A stretch of 64,000 nt of DNA from assembly GCA_033442325.1 (NCBI GenBank), contig JAWQFM010000036.1, forward strand, positions 314,719 through 378,718, read 5' to 3'. The notes beneath the pieces are model-generated. The model searched no databases, was not told the origin of the DNA, and saw nothing but the letters and a program-made list of their open reading frames with translations. The stretch's first letter is position 1; the number at the start of each line of letters is the position of its first letter. Shown here one piece after another: positions 1 to 10,032 of the stretch. The stretch is from Salpingoeca rosetta. Its lineage: Eukaryota > Protista > Choanoflagellata. The position numbers were made by a program, and so were the translations under genes.

Positions 1-2
1 CT

Positions 3-965
3 GTCCACCTCGCGCCCTGTTCGAAGACGCTCGATGCTGCTGGGGCGGCACGGCTGCTTGTTGACACTGTGGTGCGTCACCACGGAACACCATGCAGAAT
101 GATCTCGGACAGAGACCCACGCTTTGTCAGCAAGGTCTACAAGGAGGTCGCCAAAGCTCTCGGCATCAAACTCTCCTTCTCCACAGCCTCACATCCGCAA
201 ACGGACGGCCAGTCGGAAAGGAGTGTTCAGTCCGTTACCACACTACTTCGTTGCCTTGTGGCTGACAACCTGCGTCCATGGCCAGACCTACTCCCACTGG
301 TTGAATTCTGCATCAATAGCAGTCCACACGCCGTGACAAAGGTGCCGCCCTTTCAGGCCACACAAGGATTCACGCCGTCGCTGTTTCCAGTTGACGTCGA
401 CTTCTTGTCTCCTGTAGCGGAGGATCTCATCGACAGCATCAACGCGACGGTGCAGAGATGCCGTGACATGCTCCAGTACCAGAATGCAGTGACGACGTCA
501 TCCCAGACAGCAACAGCTACGCCTTTTGCTGAAGGGGAAGACGTGTATGTCTCATCTGAGCTCCTCCTCGACGACCAGCACCGAAACAAAAAGCGGAAGC
601 TTCGTCCGCGTTTCCTGGGTCCTGTGAAGATCAAGCGTGTGCTGGGTCCGGCACACGTTACTCTGCAACTACCGCCTGGCGTCCACATCCACCCGACCGT
701 CAACATCAAACACCTGAAGAAACCCACACGCCTGCCACGCGATGTGTCTCGTCCACCGCCTTTGCATGGCAGTGACGTCTACGAGCTCGAGAGCATTCAG
801 GGGCATCGAACTACACGGCGCGGCACTCAATACCTTTGCAAATGGAAGGGGTACCCCAGCACCGAGAATACGTACGAGCATCCAGACAACCTCCTGGGCA
901 AGGATGCACGACTGCTGCTTGCGAACTACAAGCAGCAATTTACGCAGGGGGAGAGTGTTGTGTGA
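3..965 (+). CDS. pol: Ty3/Gypsy (chromovirus-type) Pol C-terminus: integrase core, GPY/F region and chromodomain (5' truncated by window edge)
   Basis: The frame is open from position 3. It has integrase motifs ISDRDPRF and HPQTDGQSER, a GPY/F-like KLRPRFLGPVKI, and a chromodomain YELESIQGHR...QYLCKWKGYPSTENTYE. Confidence 0.93.
   Translation, partial: VHLAPCSKTLDAAGAARLLVDTVVRHHGTPCRMISDRDPRFVSKVYKEVAKALGIKLSFSTASHPQTDGQSERSVQSVTTLLRCLVADNLRPWPDLLPLVEFCINSSPHAVTKVPPFQATQGFTPSLFPVDVDFLSPVAEDLIDSINATVQRCRDMLQYQNAVTTSSQTATATPFAEGEDVYVSSELLLDDQHRNKKRKLRPRFLGPVKIKRVLGPAHVTLQLPPGVHIHPTVNIKHLKKPTRLPRDVSRPPPLHGSDVYELESIQGHRTTRRGTQYLCKWKGYPSTENTYEHPDNLLGKDARLLLANYKQQFTQGESVV
946..955 (+). other. Polypurine tract (PPT) of the retrotransposon
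   Basis: AGGGGGAGAG lies immediately before the TG that begins the LTR. Confidence 0.8.
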
Positions 966-1198
966 AATGCTGACTCAGCTTTCACACAACATACCCAACC
1001 ACTTGCATGCATGCAATCTTACATCAACTTGCACGCATGCAAGATGGCTGCCACGTGTACTTGTTGTTCACCTGTCTCACTTGTTGTTCACCTGTCTCAC
1101 TTGTTGTTTGTTCACTTGATGTTTGTTTGATTCATTCACCTCTCGTCTTGTCTACTTTCACATTACACTACTTACACTACCGACATCTCGGTACAACA
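956..1198 (+). repeat. 3' LTR (~243 bp)
   Basis: It begins TGTTGT directly after the PPT and ends ACAACA, a perfect 6-bp terminal inverted repeat. It contains an internal ~20-bp tandem duplication (cttgttgttcacctgtctca) at ~1060-1100. The partner LTR is outside the window. Confidence 0.8.
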
Positions 1199-1203
1199 TC
1201 CAG

Positions 1204-3262
1204 GATCGACCGTCGGCTGGATCGTGCACGCGGAAGCCGCCAAGGCGTCAGATACGTGCAGCAGGGGTTGTTCGCTTGCAGCGCCCTTGCGGTTGCAGGC
1301 CTTGTGACCGGGTATCTATATGAAACACAGTTTGCCTGTCCCAAGAGCCTGCCCGCAGGCGTGAGCAACGGGACACCGCCAGCACGCATCCCCGATCCGT
1401 TTACGCCCCTGCACAACATCCGCCTCATTCACACGGATTCACACGTGTTCACGTGCGTTCTCAGTGTCCCCGTAATTGGCGTTGCTCTTCTGCTGTCCTC
1501 CGTGCTAACACCGTGGAGAAATCGGTTACACAACGCTATTAAGCGGCTGGAGCACAGGAAGGAAGAACAAGAGGGCGTCTCAAGCCCTGCCAACAGCTTT
1601 GGGGGAGACAATGTCAACGTGCAGCTACCAACCAAACAAGACGACTCCAGAAGCCTTGCCACTGACGGCGCGTCGCCGTCTGGTGACTCCACAGAAACCA
1701 ACCGCGCTCGAAGCAAACTGCGGTGGCTGGTTTCTGGGCTGCTTTGGTTTGTGCGAACGCTGCTGTGGGTCGGCTACGAACGGCCAGACCCTCGTCGAGC
1801 AAGCAGGTCACAGTGGTTCTGCTACTTCGTTGGCGCAGGGGCAGCTTGCTTCTCCCTCGTGCTCTACGTGTACACACATGATGGCGAAGTTGCAGCCCGC
1901 TACGCCCAAGCCGTGGCATCGCCCTTCCTCCTGCTTGCCTTTGTCAATGTCTTGCACAGCATCCAATTGCACGTCGACACTCGCTACAAATACGGCTCTG
2001 AGAAACAGGTACAAGCGGTGATGGCAACGGTGACAGCAGTTGGCGGCGCTACGCTTCTGGCCCAGTTCTTCCTCTGGGCCTTCTTTGTGGCCTTTGCGTA
2101 TGCGACACTTCCCTGTCTTCCCCTGCGTGAAGGGGGCACATCCCGCCCCGACGTGGCCTATCTGTCGAAGCGCCTCTTTCTCCGCTACATTGGCTGCTTC
2201 ATCATGTCCTGCGAACTCCTGTTTGCCTACATGTGGTGGATTCTGGAGTTTGCTGCGGGAGGTGCCAGCGTTGTGCGCATGGTGCAGTTCCGCGGTGGCG
2301 CTCTGGCTATCGTCGTCAACGTACTCGTCGTTGTTGCCACCTTCGTTGGCGTGTCGACGTATGCGGGTGTCTTCTCCTCGCAAGAGAGCATCTTCTTTGT
2401 GAAGCAGCCTGCTCAGTACGTGACACCGAAGATCACTCTCACCCTCGCGTACATCTTCTTCGGCCTCTGGTTTCTTTGCTTCTCCCTCATGGGACTGAAG
2501 GACGTGTCTGCCAGGGTACAGAAGTACTTTGTACAGAACGAACAAAACGAAACCATCTGCATGCTTTACCGCAGCGAGGACGGGGAGCTCGCAACCTACA
2601 TTGCCAAGGAGATCAAGAACAAGAGCCCGCGCTTCTTGGGCCAGGCTAACAGTGTGGAGGTTGTCCAACATAATGTGGATCATGAGGCGTACCCCGCATG
2701 CGCCACACCTTCCACAGACTCTGATGAGCCCAGTGACGGCGACCTTCAACGGGCAGACCAGCTGAACAATACTCGCGTCCTTGTCGTCGTGATATCCTGT
2801 CACAACGAACCGCCTTTTGGCTCGGTCGGACGCATGCTAAATGACAACGACGACGCGGAAGCCAGAGCAAACAGCAATGACGGAGATGTCAACATGTTTC
2901 TGCTGCAGCTCATCATTGCTTATGAAATGGAGAAGCGCGATGACATCACCATCTACCCCATCTTCGACGCCCGAGATGGCAGCACACGAATTGCCTTCAA
3001 GAGTCCTGAGAACGATTTGCCTGACACAACACCGGAACCAACAGCGCAGGCAGCAGCCAATATCCTCAAGCGCTTGTATGGAAAAGAAGGCGCCAAGTTT
3101 GACGTGACTGTTGTTGAATTACTCAGAGAGTGGTCCCCCAGGAACCTCATGCACAGAATGCTTCAGCTGCAGGGCACTTTCATGCACAACCTTGGTGAGG
3201 TTACAGCCGCCAATACTGCAGCTGCAGGAGTGCTGAAAGCGTACGAAGAGTCGGCCATCTGA
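1204..3262 (+). CDS. Multi-pass (~8 TM) membrane protein with degenerate C-terminal TIR-like domain, copy 1. The 5' end abuts the LTR; the ORF is open from ATG 1007 inside the LTR.
   Basis: It shares motifs with three paralogs: CP loop, SH(V/I)(F/Y), SxxQW, Q(F/V/L)FLWxFxxx(F/Y)AYATLPCLP, FLL(Q/E)LIIA and IYPI. A candidate acceptor tccag|g lies at 1199-1203. Confidence 0.8.
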
Positions 3263-3581
3263 AGACATGACGAAGAAGGAGGAAGTGAGGAGGAAGCACG
3301 TGTGGGCATGGATTGAATGCGGTTTGCATCTCTTTCTTTCTTTCTTTCTTTCGTTCTTTCTGTCTTTCTTGCTTGGTTGCATGTGTGTGTGTGTGTGTGT
3401 GCGAGAGTCATGGTCGTTCATAACTTGCTTTGAATTGATTTGAACATCTTCCCTGGCATTTCTGTCTTGTGTCATTTCTGTGGATTTGGTGCCGTTCGCG
3501 TCCTTCATAGAACACGCAACAAAACAAAGTCACATCATGTCACATTACAACCAACTCAGAACATACGCACACACACATACG

Positions 3582-3634
<53 letters not shown>

Positions 3635-3678
3635 CTTCACCACACACGCACACGCACACCCTCCCCTTCCGCTATTGG

Positions 3679-4919
3679 CTACGAGCATCTGGGCTGGATC
3701 ACGAGGATGGATGTGGAGTGGCTGGGAATGCCGTAGATGAAGCCGTTGCTTGTCGGTACGCCAATGGTCCACTTGAACGTGTCCGAGGACAGCTGGACGA
3801 TGGTGGTGGTGTCGTACGTGTCTGTGTCGGGGTCGATGATGAGCACGGACGTGGCACTGTACGGCATGGCGAAGATGCGGCCGTCTGCGGCGGCGGCGGC
3901 GGCGGCCCCGGACCACTTGCTCGTGCCTGCAGGCAGGCCTTGCATGGTCGTCGTGTCGGTGGTGTTGGTGGCGGGGTCCACGATGAGGACAGAGCGGGCG
4001 GATTGTGGGATGCCGTAGATCTTGCCGTTGCCTGCAAGCACGCTGCCAACCCACTTTGCGTTGCCGCTGGGGACGCCAATCGCGGTCGTGTCCGTGGTAT
4101 TGGTCGCCGGGTTGATGATGAGGACACCGGCGGCATCGCGGGGCACGCAGTAGATCTTGTCGTTGCTGGCGAGGTGTGCGCCGCGCCACTTGGCATCCTC
4201 CGTGCCCAGGCCCGCGATGGTCGTGGCGTCCGTGGCGTTGGTGCGCGGGTCGATGATCAGCACGGACGAGGCGGAGTACGGCGGGGCGTAGATGAGCCCG
4301 TCGCCCGTGACAACGCCGCCGCCCCAGCGAGCAGCGTCATCGCCCGGTATACTCTCGAACGTCACGCTGGTCATGTCTGTGTCGTTTGTGTGTGGGTTGA
4401 TGATCAGGACGGCGTCCGCGTTGAAGGGGAAGCTAAAGACGAGGCCGTTGGGTGCGAGGACGCCATCCAGCCACATGCCACCGCTGCTTGCGAGCCCGGA
4501 GATGGGCACGGTCTCCGCCACGCCAGTGCCTGCGTTGATGATCAGGAACGAGGGCGCGTGGAATGGAACGCCAATCACCAGCTCTGTGGCCTCGCCGTCC
4601 GATGGCAGCACCACGCGCACGCCGCCCTGCCACTTCGCGTTGAGATTTAAGATGCCGTTTCCTGGCTGCGTCCAGGCGATGGGCGGCGTCTGCAAGCGGC
4701 ACAGGCGCCGCTCCAGCACGCGCTGTCGCTCCTGGAGCTGGTGGTACCTCCGCGTCACGTCCACGCCGTTGACAAACACGCTCTGGCCCATGGGATCGCT
4801 CGTGTTGATGTGCAGGTTTCCCGCACCGTCCTCTTGCATGATGGCGTCTCCGCTGACAAGGCACAGCAGCCCCAGGTAAAACACACTAACACCAGCGACA
4901 CCAACTGCGACACCTGCCA

Positions 4920-4920
<1 letters not shown>
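3679..4920 (-). CDS. Secreted 7-repeat beta-propeller protein (signal peptide, HINTSDP/VNG motif, coiled coil), paralog A
   Basis: ATG at 4920 follows the CA repeat and starts a hydrophobic N-terminus. Seven ~46-aa repeats of type KWxGGVLAxNGxIYxxPxxAxxVLIIDPxT follow. No introns. Confidence 0.85.
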
Positions 4921-4986
<66 letters not shown>

Positions 4987-5108
4987 TGCGTGTGTGTGTG
5001 TGTGTGTGCGTGTGTGTGTGTTGAGCGTGGTGATTGGGATGATGAACGGCGCTGGTTGCGGAAAAGTGCTGAATAGAACGCCCACTTTTCACAACAACGA
5101 CAGCAAAG

Positions 5109-6464
5109 ATGGCGGCGCGACTTGTTGCAACTCTAGCTGAAGCAGCTGCTGTTGTTGTTCTTGGGGTGGTGTTGGTGGTGGTGGCTGTAGTGATGCCGTG
5201 CCATTGGGACGGCAGCGGTAGCGGCAGCGTGTGCTTTGGAGAGGTGGTGCTGGAGCATGACGCGCTTGGTGCACTGCACATTAACACGAGTGACCCGAGG
5301 AACGAGCCCGTCTTCGTGAACGGGGCTGATGTGGGCAAGATGTTCGACATGGTGCAGGCCCAACAGCGGGTGAACGACATGCAAGCCAGCCAGCTACACG
5401 CTCAGGCAAGCGAAATCGAAGCGCAGCGGGTCAGAAATCGGGCACTTGAGCGTGAGCTTGAGGCCCAGGCGGTGGTGTTTTGCTATCGCTTTCCCGTCTC
5501 CCCTTCCACGGACACCACCACCATCGCCAACGTTGGGAGTGGAAGCAACGACTGGCGCGGAGGCGTGCTTGCGGGGAATGGCCTCATCTACGGCATCCCG
5601 CTGGGCTCCACAACTGTCCTCATCATCGACCCACTGACCAACACCGATGATACCACCTCCATCACTGGTCTGGGAGACGGCGGCGCCAAATGGAGCGGGG
5701 GCGTGCTCGGCAGCAACGGGCGCATCTACGGGTTTCCGGTCAATGCTGACGCCGTGCTTGTCATTGACCCGGCAACGAACACGGCTGACGGAAGCAGCCT
5801 TGGCACCCTGTCGTCTGGTGGAGCGAAGTGGCTGAGTGGCGTGGCTGCCGACAACGGTCTCATCTACGGCATTCCCTGGGGCGCAACTTCTGTCCTGGTC
5901 ATCGATCCTGCCACGAACAGCACCGACGCGACCACGATGGGAAGCCTGGCTGCAATCGGCAACAAGTGGTCTGGCGGCGCGCAGGCCGGCAATGGCCTCA
6001 TCTACTGCGTGCCACGCGATGCTGAGGCGGTGCTCATCATCGATCCGTCGTCACACACGACCGACACCTCATCCATGGCTGGCCTAATGGGCCAGAACAA
6101 GTGGATCGGTGCCGTGCTTGCAGGCAACGGCCTCATCTATGGCATTCCCTTGAGCGAGACGTCCGTGCTCATCATCGACCCAAGGCTCAATGCCACAGAC
6201 ACGACCTCCATCGCCGGGCTGCCAACCCCCAATTTTAAGTGGCGTGGCGGTGTGCTGGCACGCAATGGCCTCATCTACGGCATTCCCGACAACCACGAGT
6301 CCGTGCTCGTCATCGATCCCACTAAGGCTACTGCAGAAGCCACATCGCTTTCTGCCTCTGTTGGCACTGACAAGTGGTGGGACGGTGTGCTTTCCGACAC
6401 TGGCCTCATCTACGGCATTCCTTTCGACTCTAGAAATGCCCTCATCATCGATGTGGGCTGTTGA
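5109..6464 (+). CDS. Secreted/membrane-anchored 7-repeat beta-propeller protein, paralog B
   Basis: 451-aa intronless ORF with a hydrophobic N-terminus, LHINTSDP..VFVNG, a heptad-like coiled coil and seven W-x-x-G-V-L-A-x-N-G-L-I-Y-G-I-P repeats. Confidence 0.88.
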   Translation: MAARLVATLAEAAAVVVLGVVLVVVAVVMPCHWDGSGSGSVCFGEVVLEHDALGALHINTSDPRNEPVFVNGADVGKMFDMVQAQQRVNDMQASQLHAQASEIEAQRVRNRALERELEAQAVVFCYRFPVSPSTDTTTIANVGSGSNDWRGGVLAGNGLIYGIPLGSTTVLIIDPLTNTDDTTSITGLGDGGAKWSGGVLGSNGRIYGFPVNADAVLVIDPATNTADGSSLGTLSSGGAKWLSGVAADNGLIYGIPWGATSVLVIDPATNSTDATTMGSLAAIGNKWSGGAQAGNGLIYCVPRDAEAVLIIDPSSHTTDTSSMAGLMGQNKWIGAVLAGNGLIYGIPLSETSVLIIDPRLNATDTTSIAGLPTPNFKWRGGVLARNGLIYGIPDNHESVLVIDPTKATAEATSLSASVGTDKWWDGVLSDTGLIYGIPFDSRNALIIDVGC

Positions 6465-6475
6465 GGAGCCAGACA

Positions 6476-6795
6476 CGTGTGTGTGTGCGTGTGTGCATTT
6501 TGTGTGTGTGTGTGCGTGTGCGTGTGCATTTTGTGTGTGTGTGCGTGTGTGCATTTTGTGTGTGCATGCATTTGTGTGTGTATGCATTGTGTTTGTATGT
6601 GTGTGCTTGTGTGTATGTGTGCTTGTGAATGTGCGTGCATTGTGTGTGTATGTGTGTGTGCATTGTGTGTGTGTGTGTATGTGCGTGCATTGTGTGTGTA
6701 TGTGTGTGCATTGTGTGTATGTGTGTGCATTGTGTGTATGTGTGTGTGTGTATGTGTGTGCATTGTGTGTGTGTGTGATTGTGTGTATGTGTGTA
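6476..6795 (+). repeat. Compound (GT)n / gcattgtgt microsatellite, representative of many (CA/GT)n and (GA)n tracts in the window
   Basis: Directly visible low-complexity tract downstream of propeller B. Confidence 0.9.
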
Positions 6796-7021
6796 CAGTC
6801 CTTTGCGGGTGTGTTGTCTTGTGTTGTGTGATGACAGTGTCAGAAGGCACTTGCGTTTCGCTGCGCTCTTTTCTTTATTTACGTTTTACCTTGCCAGCCG
6901 TTAGCTGCTGCTGTGAGTCGCATACACGCTCCCCATTCCTCACCCGGTTCAACATACCCCATCATTGAGCGTCTTGCATTGCACCCATATATGCTGACCG
7001 GAGTATGTACGCAAGAAACGG

Positions 7022-7061
<40 letters not shown>

Positions 7062-7145
7062 GGGGTGTGTGTGTGTCTGTGTGTGTGTAATAGACAGATC
7101 GATGGACAGAGACTGTGTGCTCGTATGTGGTATGCACGCCAAACA

Positions 7146-7219
<74 letters not shown>

Positions 7220-7255
7220 TACACACACAGATACACATACACACGTCACGACCCC

Positions 7256-8569
7256 TCAACAGCTTGGGTCGATGACGAGCACCGCATCAGCTGAACGGGG
7301 AATGGCGTAAATCAGGCCGTTGTTCGCAAGCGCGCCATCGTGCCACTTGCCAGACCCGGCAAGAGCCTGAATGCTTGTGGTGTCTGTGGCGTTGGTGGTT
7401 GGATTGAAAAAGTACACGGAGGGTGAGGTGAATGGGATGCCAACGATGTTGCCGTTGGGAGCCAGCACCCCTCCAGCCCACTTGTCCGAGGAGGTCTCCT
7501 CGGAGATGCTCAGCAAATCGGTGGCGTTGGTGGCTGGGTCAATGACGAGCGTGGTCGCAGCACGATCCGGCAGGGCGTAGATGAGCCCGTTGCTTGCAAG
7601 CAAGCCGCCAAGCCATTTCAGGCCAGAGCCGACGCCCGCCAGCGGACGGAGGCCCATGGTCAGCGTGTATGGATCGATGATCAGCACGGAATCCGCCGCT
7701 CTTGGCAGGCAGTAGATGAGGCCGCTGGGTGCCTGAACGCCGTCATGCCACTTCTCCCCCTGCTCGGACAGCCCCGCCAGCGTGGTGATGTCCGCCGTGT
7801 TGGTCTCCGGATCGATGATGAGCACACAGGTTGCGTGCAAGGGAACGCCGAAGATGAGGTCGTTGTCAGCCACCACGCCACTAAACCACTTGTACTGGCC
7901 GAAGCCAAGCGAGCTGATGCTTGTGGTGTCTGTCGTGTTGGTCTCCGGATCGATGATGAGCGCCGTCGCCATGTTTGCTGGAAACATGTAAATGAGGCCG
8001 TTGTGCGCCAGCACGCCGCCGGCCCACTTGCCCCTGGCCGACCCAAGATTGGGGATGGTTGTCACGTCGATTGTGTTTGTGTTCGTATCGATGATGAGGA
8101 CAGCGGGCGAGTTGTACGGGGCGGCGTAGATCAGCCCATTTTTGGCCAGCGCGCCGCCAGCCCATGCGCTATATGGCGAGGTGCTCAGGTCACCGAACGT
8201 GCTCGCGCTAGGCTTGCACACTTCGGCGCGAAGGGCGTCAATCCTTCCTTGCTGTGCACTCAGCATGCTCTGTTGCGCGCTGATCGTGCTGCGCTGCGCC
8301 TGCACCTTTGCCTGGTACGCGTGCAGCATGCTCTCCTGCGCAGCCACCGTCTCAAACAAGTCGTCCACGTTCATTCCGTTCACCAGTACCGGCTGGGTCG
8401 CTGGGTCGCTCGTGTTGATGTGGAACGCGCCTGTGTTGTCTTCCTTCAACACCGCCTCCGCGTTGCAGCCACGCACGCGCACAAGGTCGTGAGCATACTG
8501 GTGGTGTCCGAGCAAAGCCAGCACCGACAAACTCAACCAGACGAGGTGCGCTAGGTGTGAGCATGACAT
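7256..8569 (-). CDS. Secreted 7-repeat beta-propeller protein, paralog C
   Basis: 437-aa intronless ORF with the same architecture (FHINTSDP, VLVNG, coiled coil, seven repeats, terminal Cys). Confidence 0.88.
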   Translation of the reverse strand: MSCSHLAHLVWLSLSVLALLGHHQYAHDLVRVRGCNAEAVLKEDNTGAFHINTSDPATQPVLVNGMNVDDLFETVAAQESMLHAYQAKVQAQRSTISAQQSMLSAQQGRIDALRAEVCKPSASTFGDLSTSPYSAWAGGALAKNGLIYAAPYNSPAVLIIDTNTNTIDVTTIPNLGSARGKWAGGVLAHNGLIYMFPANMATALIIDPETNTTDTTSISSLGFGQYKWFSGVVADNDLIFGVPLHATCVLIIDPETNTADITTLAGLSEQGEKWHDGVQAPSGLIYCLPRAADSVLIIDPYTLTMGLRPLAGVGSGLKWLGGLLASNGLIYALPDRAATTLVIDPATNATDLLSISEETSSDKWAGGVLAPNGNIVGIPFTSPSVYFFNPTTNATDTTSIQALAGSGKWHDGALANNGLIYAIPRSADAVLVIDPSC

Positions 8570-9394
8570 GGTTTGGCGTGTGTGTGAGGCGGGGGGGGGG
8601 GGTTGCTTGTGTTTGTGTGTGTGTCTGTGTGTGTGTGTGTGCGTGTGTGTGTGTGTGTGCGTTTGTGTGTGTGTGTGTGCGTGTGTGCGTTTGTGTGTGT
8701 TTGTGTGAGTGTGTGTGTGTGAGTATGTATGTGTGTGTGTGTGTGTCTGTGTGTGTTAAAGTTTGGAAGATTTGTGGGCAGCATTCGTAACCTTCGCCAG
8801 TGATGATCGAAACAAAAAAAAGGGCTGGATGTCCTTTGGCGTGCCTTTCCTTGTTGTTCTCTTCTTGTCCCCTCCCGTATCCCTACTCCTATCGATCTTG
8901 AGATCCTATCTGAGTATCCTATCTTGTCTGCCACGCTCGTCCTCGTCTGCTTCTCCAAGGGGATCTCAACATGTAAAAGTTCATTCACAGCACACTCAGC
9001 CAGTTTATAAAGTGCTCCTGCAGTTTGCTAGTTTGAGGGCCCGCTGTGCTGTTCAAAACCCTAAAACCACAGCGCAAGCACGAGAAGGCGAATGTTTACT
9101 GCTTGTGTTTTGAAGGCTTTGTTGTATTGGCTCACAAGCAGGGCGGACACTCTTCCTCATCGCCTCGTCCTTCCTCTCCCAAGGTTCCAAAGCAAGTCAC
9201 AAAGCAAACAACATTGACAAGAAGGACTTTGAGAAGCAAGAAGAAAAAAACCAACTCATGATGTCACATCAGAACGGCATCCTCACAACAAAATTGAAGA
9301 AGGAAGCACTGAAGCAGCATGCTGAGCATAGCTTGGCAGGCAAGCCGTCAAACACCATCGCCTGCAACACGCATCTGCTGCTGGCACCCTGCGC

Positions 9395-10032
9395 TCACTG
9401 CTTCAGTTTCTTCTGCTTCTTCTGGCTCTGCTTGCGCTGCCTTCCAGCAATCTTCCTGTAGCGCTCTTCCAGCTCCTTCAGTCGCTTCCGCAGCTCCTTG
9501 CGCTCCTTCTGTTCCTCGTCCTTCTCCTTTTCATCCTGTTCCTCGTCGTAGCCATCCATGGCGCCGCAGTCGCCGTCAGCCTCGTCAAGCTCGTCGAGCA
9601 AAATCTCAAAGGCGTCCGCAAAGTCCTCGAGCAGGTCCGCTCCGCAGACAGAAAGTGTAACTTGGAGCACAAGGCCGTTTTGCTGAGGACCGAACACAAA
9701 CCCACAAAACGTCATGAGATTAAGTCGCAACAACAGGGTGAACATGTACATAGACGGCTCGATAGCTGGACGAGTAGCGGGGAGCAATGAACCGCAAACA
9801 ACCCAGCAAGCACGAAGGAGTACAAGAAACACGCCAGTCTTACCTGTTTTTGCTTTCGTAACTCCGCATTGTGGATGAGGGTATCCAGCTTGGCGCGGGT
9901 CCTTGGAGCGTTCTTGATCGAATCGCGTAGTGTCTTGGCCTCCTCCGCCAGCTTTCCCAGTTGATCAATTTGACGACATTTTTTGATCAGCTTGTACCCA
10001 GAGTAAAGAATGCCAATGGTGATGGGATCCAT
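9395..10032 (-). CDS. Small two-exon hypothetical coiled-coil protein (~158 aa); exons 10032-9844 and 9682-9395
   Basis: It starts MDPITIGILYSGYKL. Donor cag|gtaag and acceptor cctcag| are both phase 0. The C-terminus is acidic then basic and helical. Confidence 0.6.

Larger units (their letters stand above)
1..1198 (+). mobile_element. 3' part of a chromodomain-bearing Ty3/Gypsy LTR retrotransposon
   Basis: The integrase-chromodomain ORF is followed by a polypurine tract and a TG...CA-bounded LTR. Confidence 0.9.

Noticed and set aside
6084-7310. Many ORFs rich in HTHT/CVCV/ERER here and throughout the window
   Set aside because: They are translations of (CA/GT)n and (GA)n microsatellites, which lack stop codons. 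The same artefact inflates the N-termini of ORFs 3679-5085, 11208-14111, 15229-17691 and 19112-21844.
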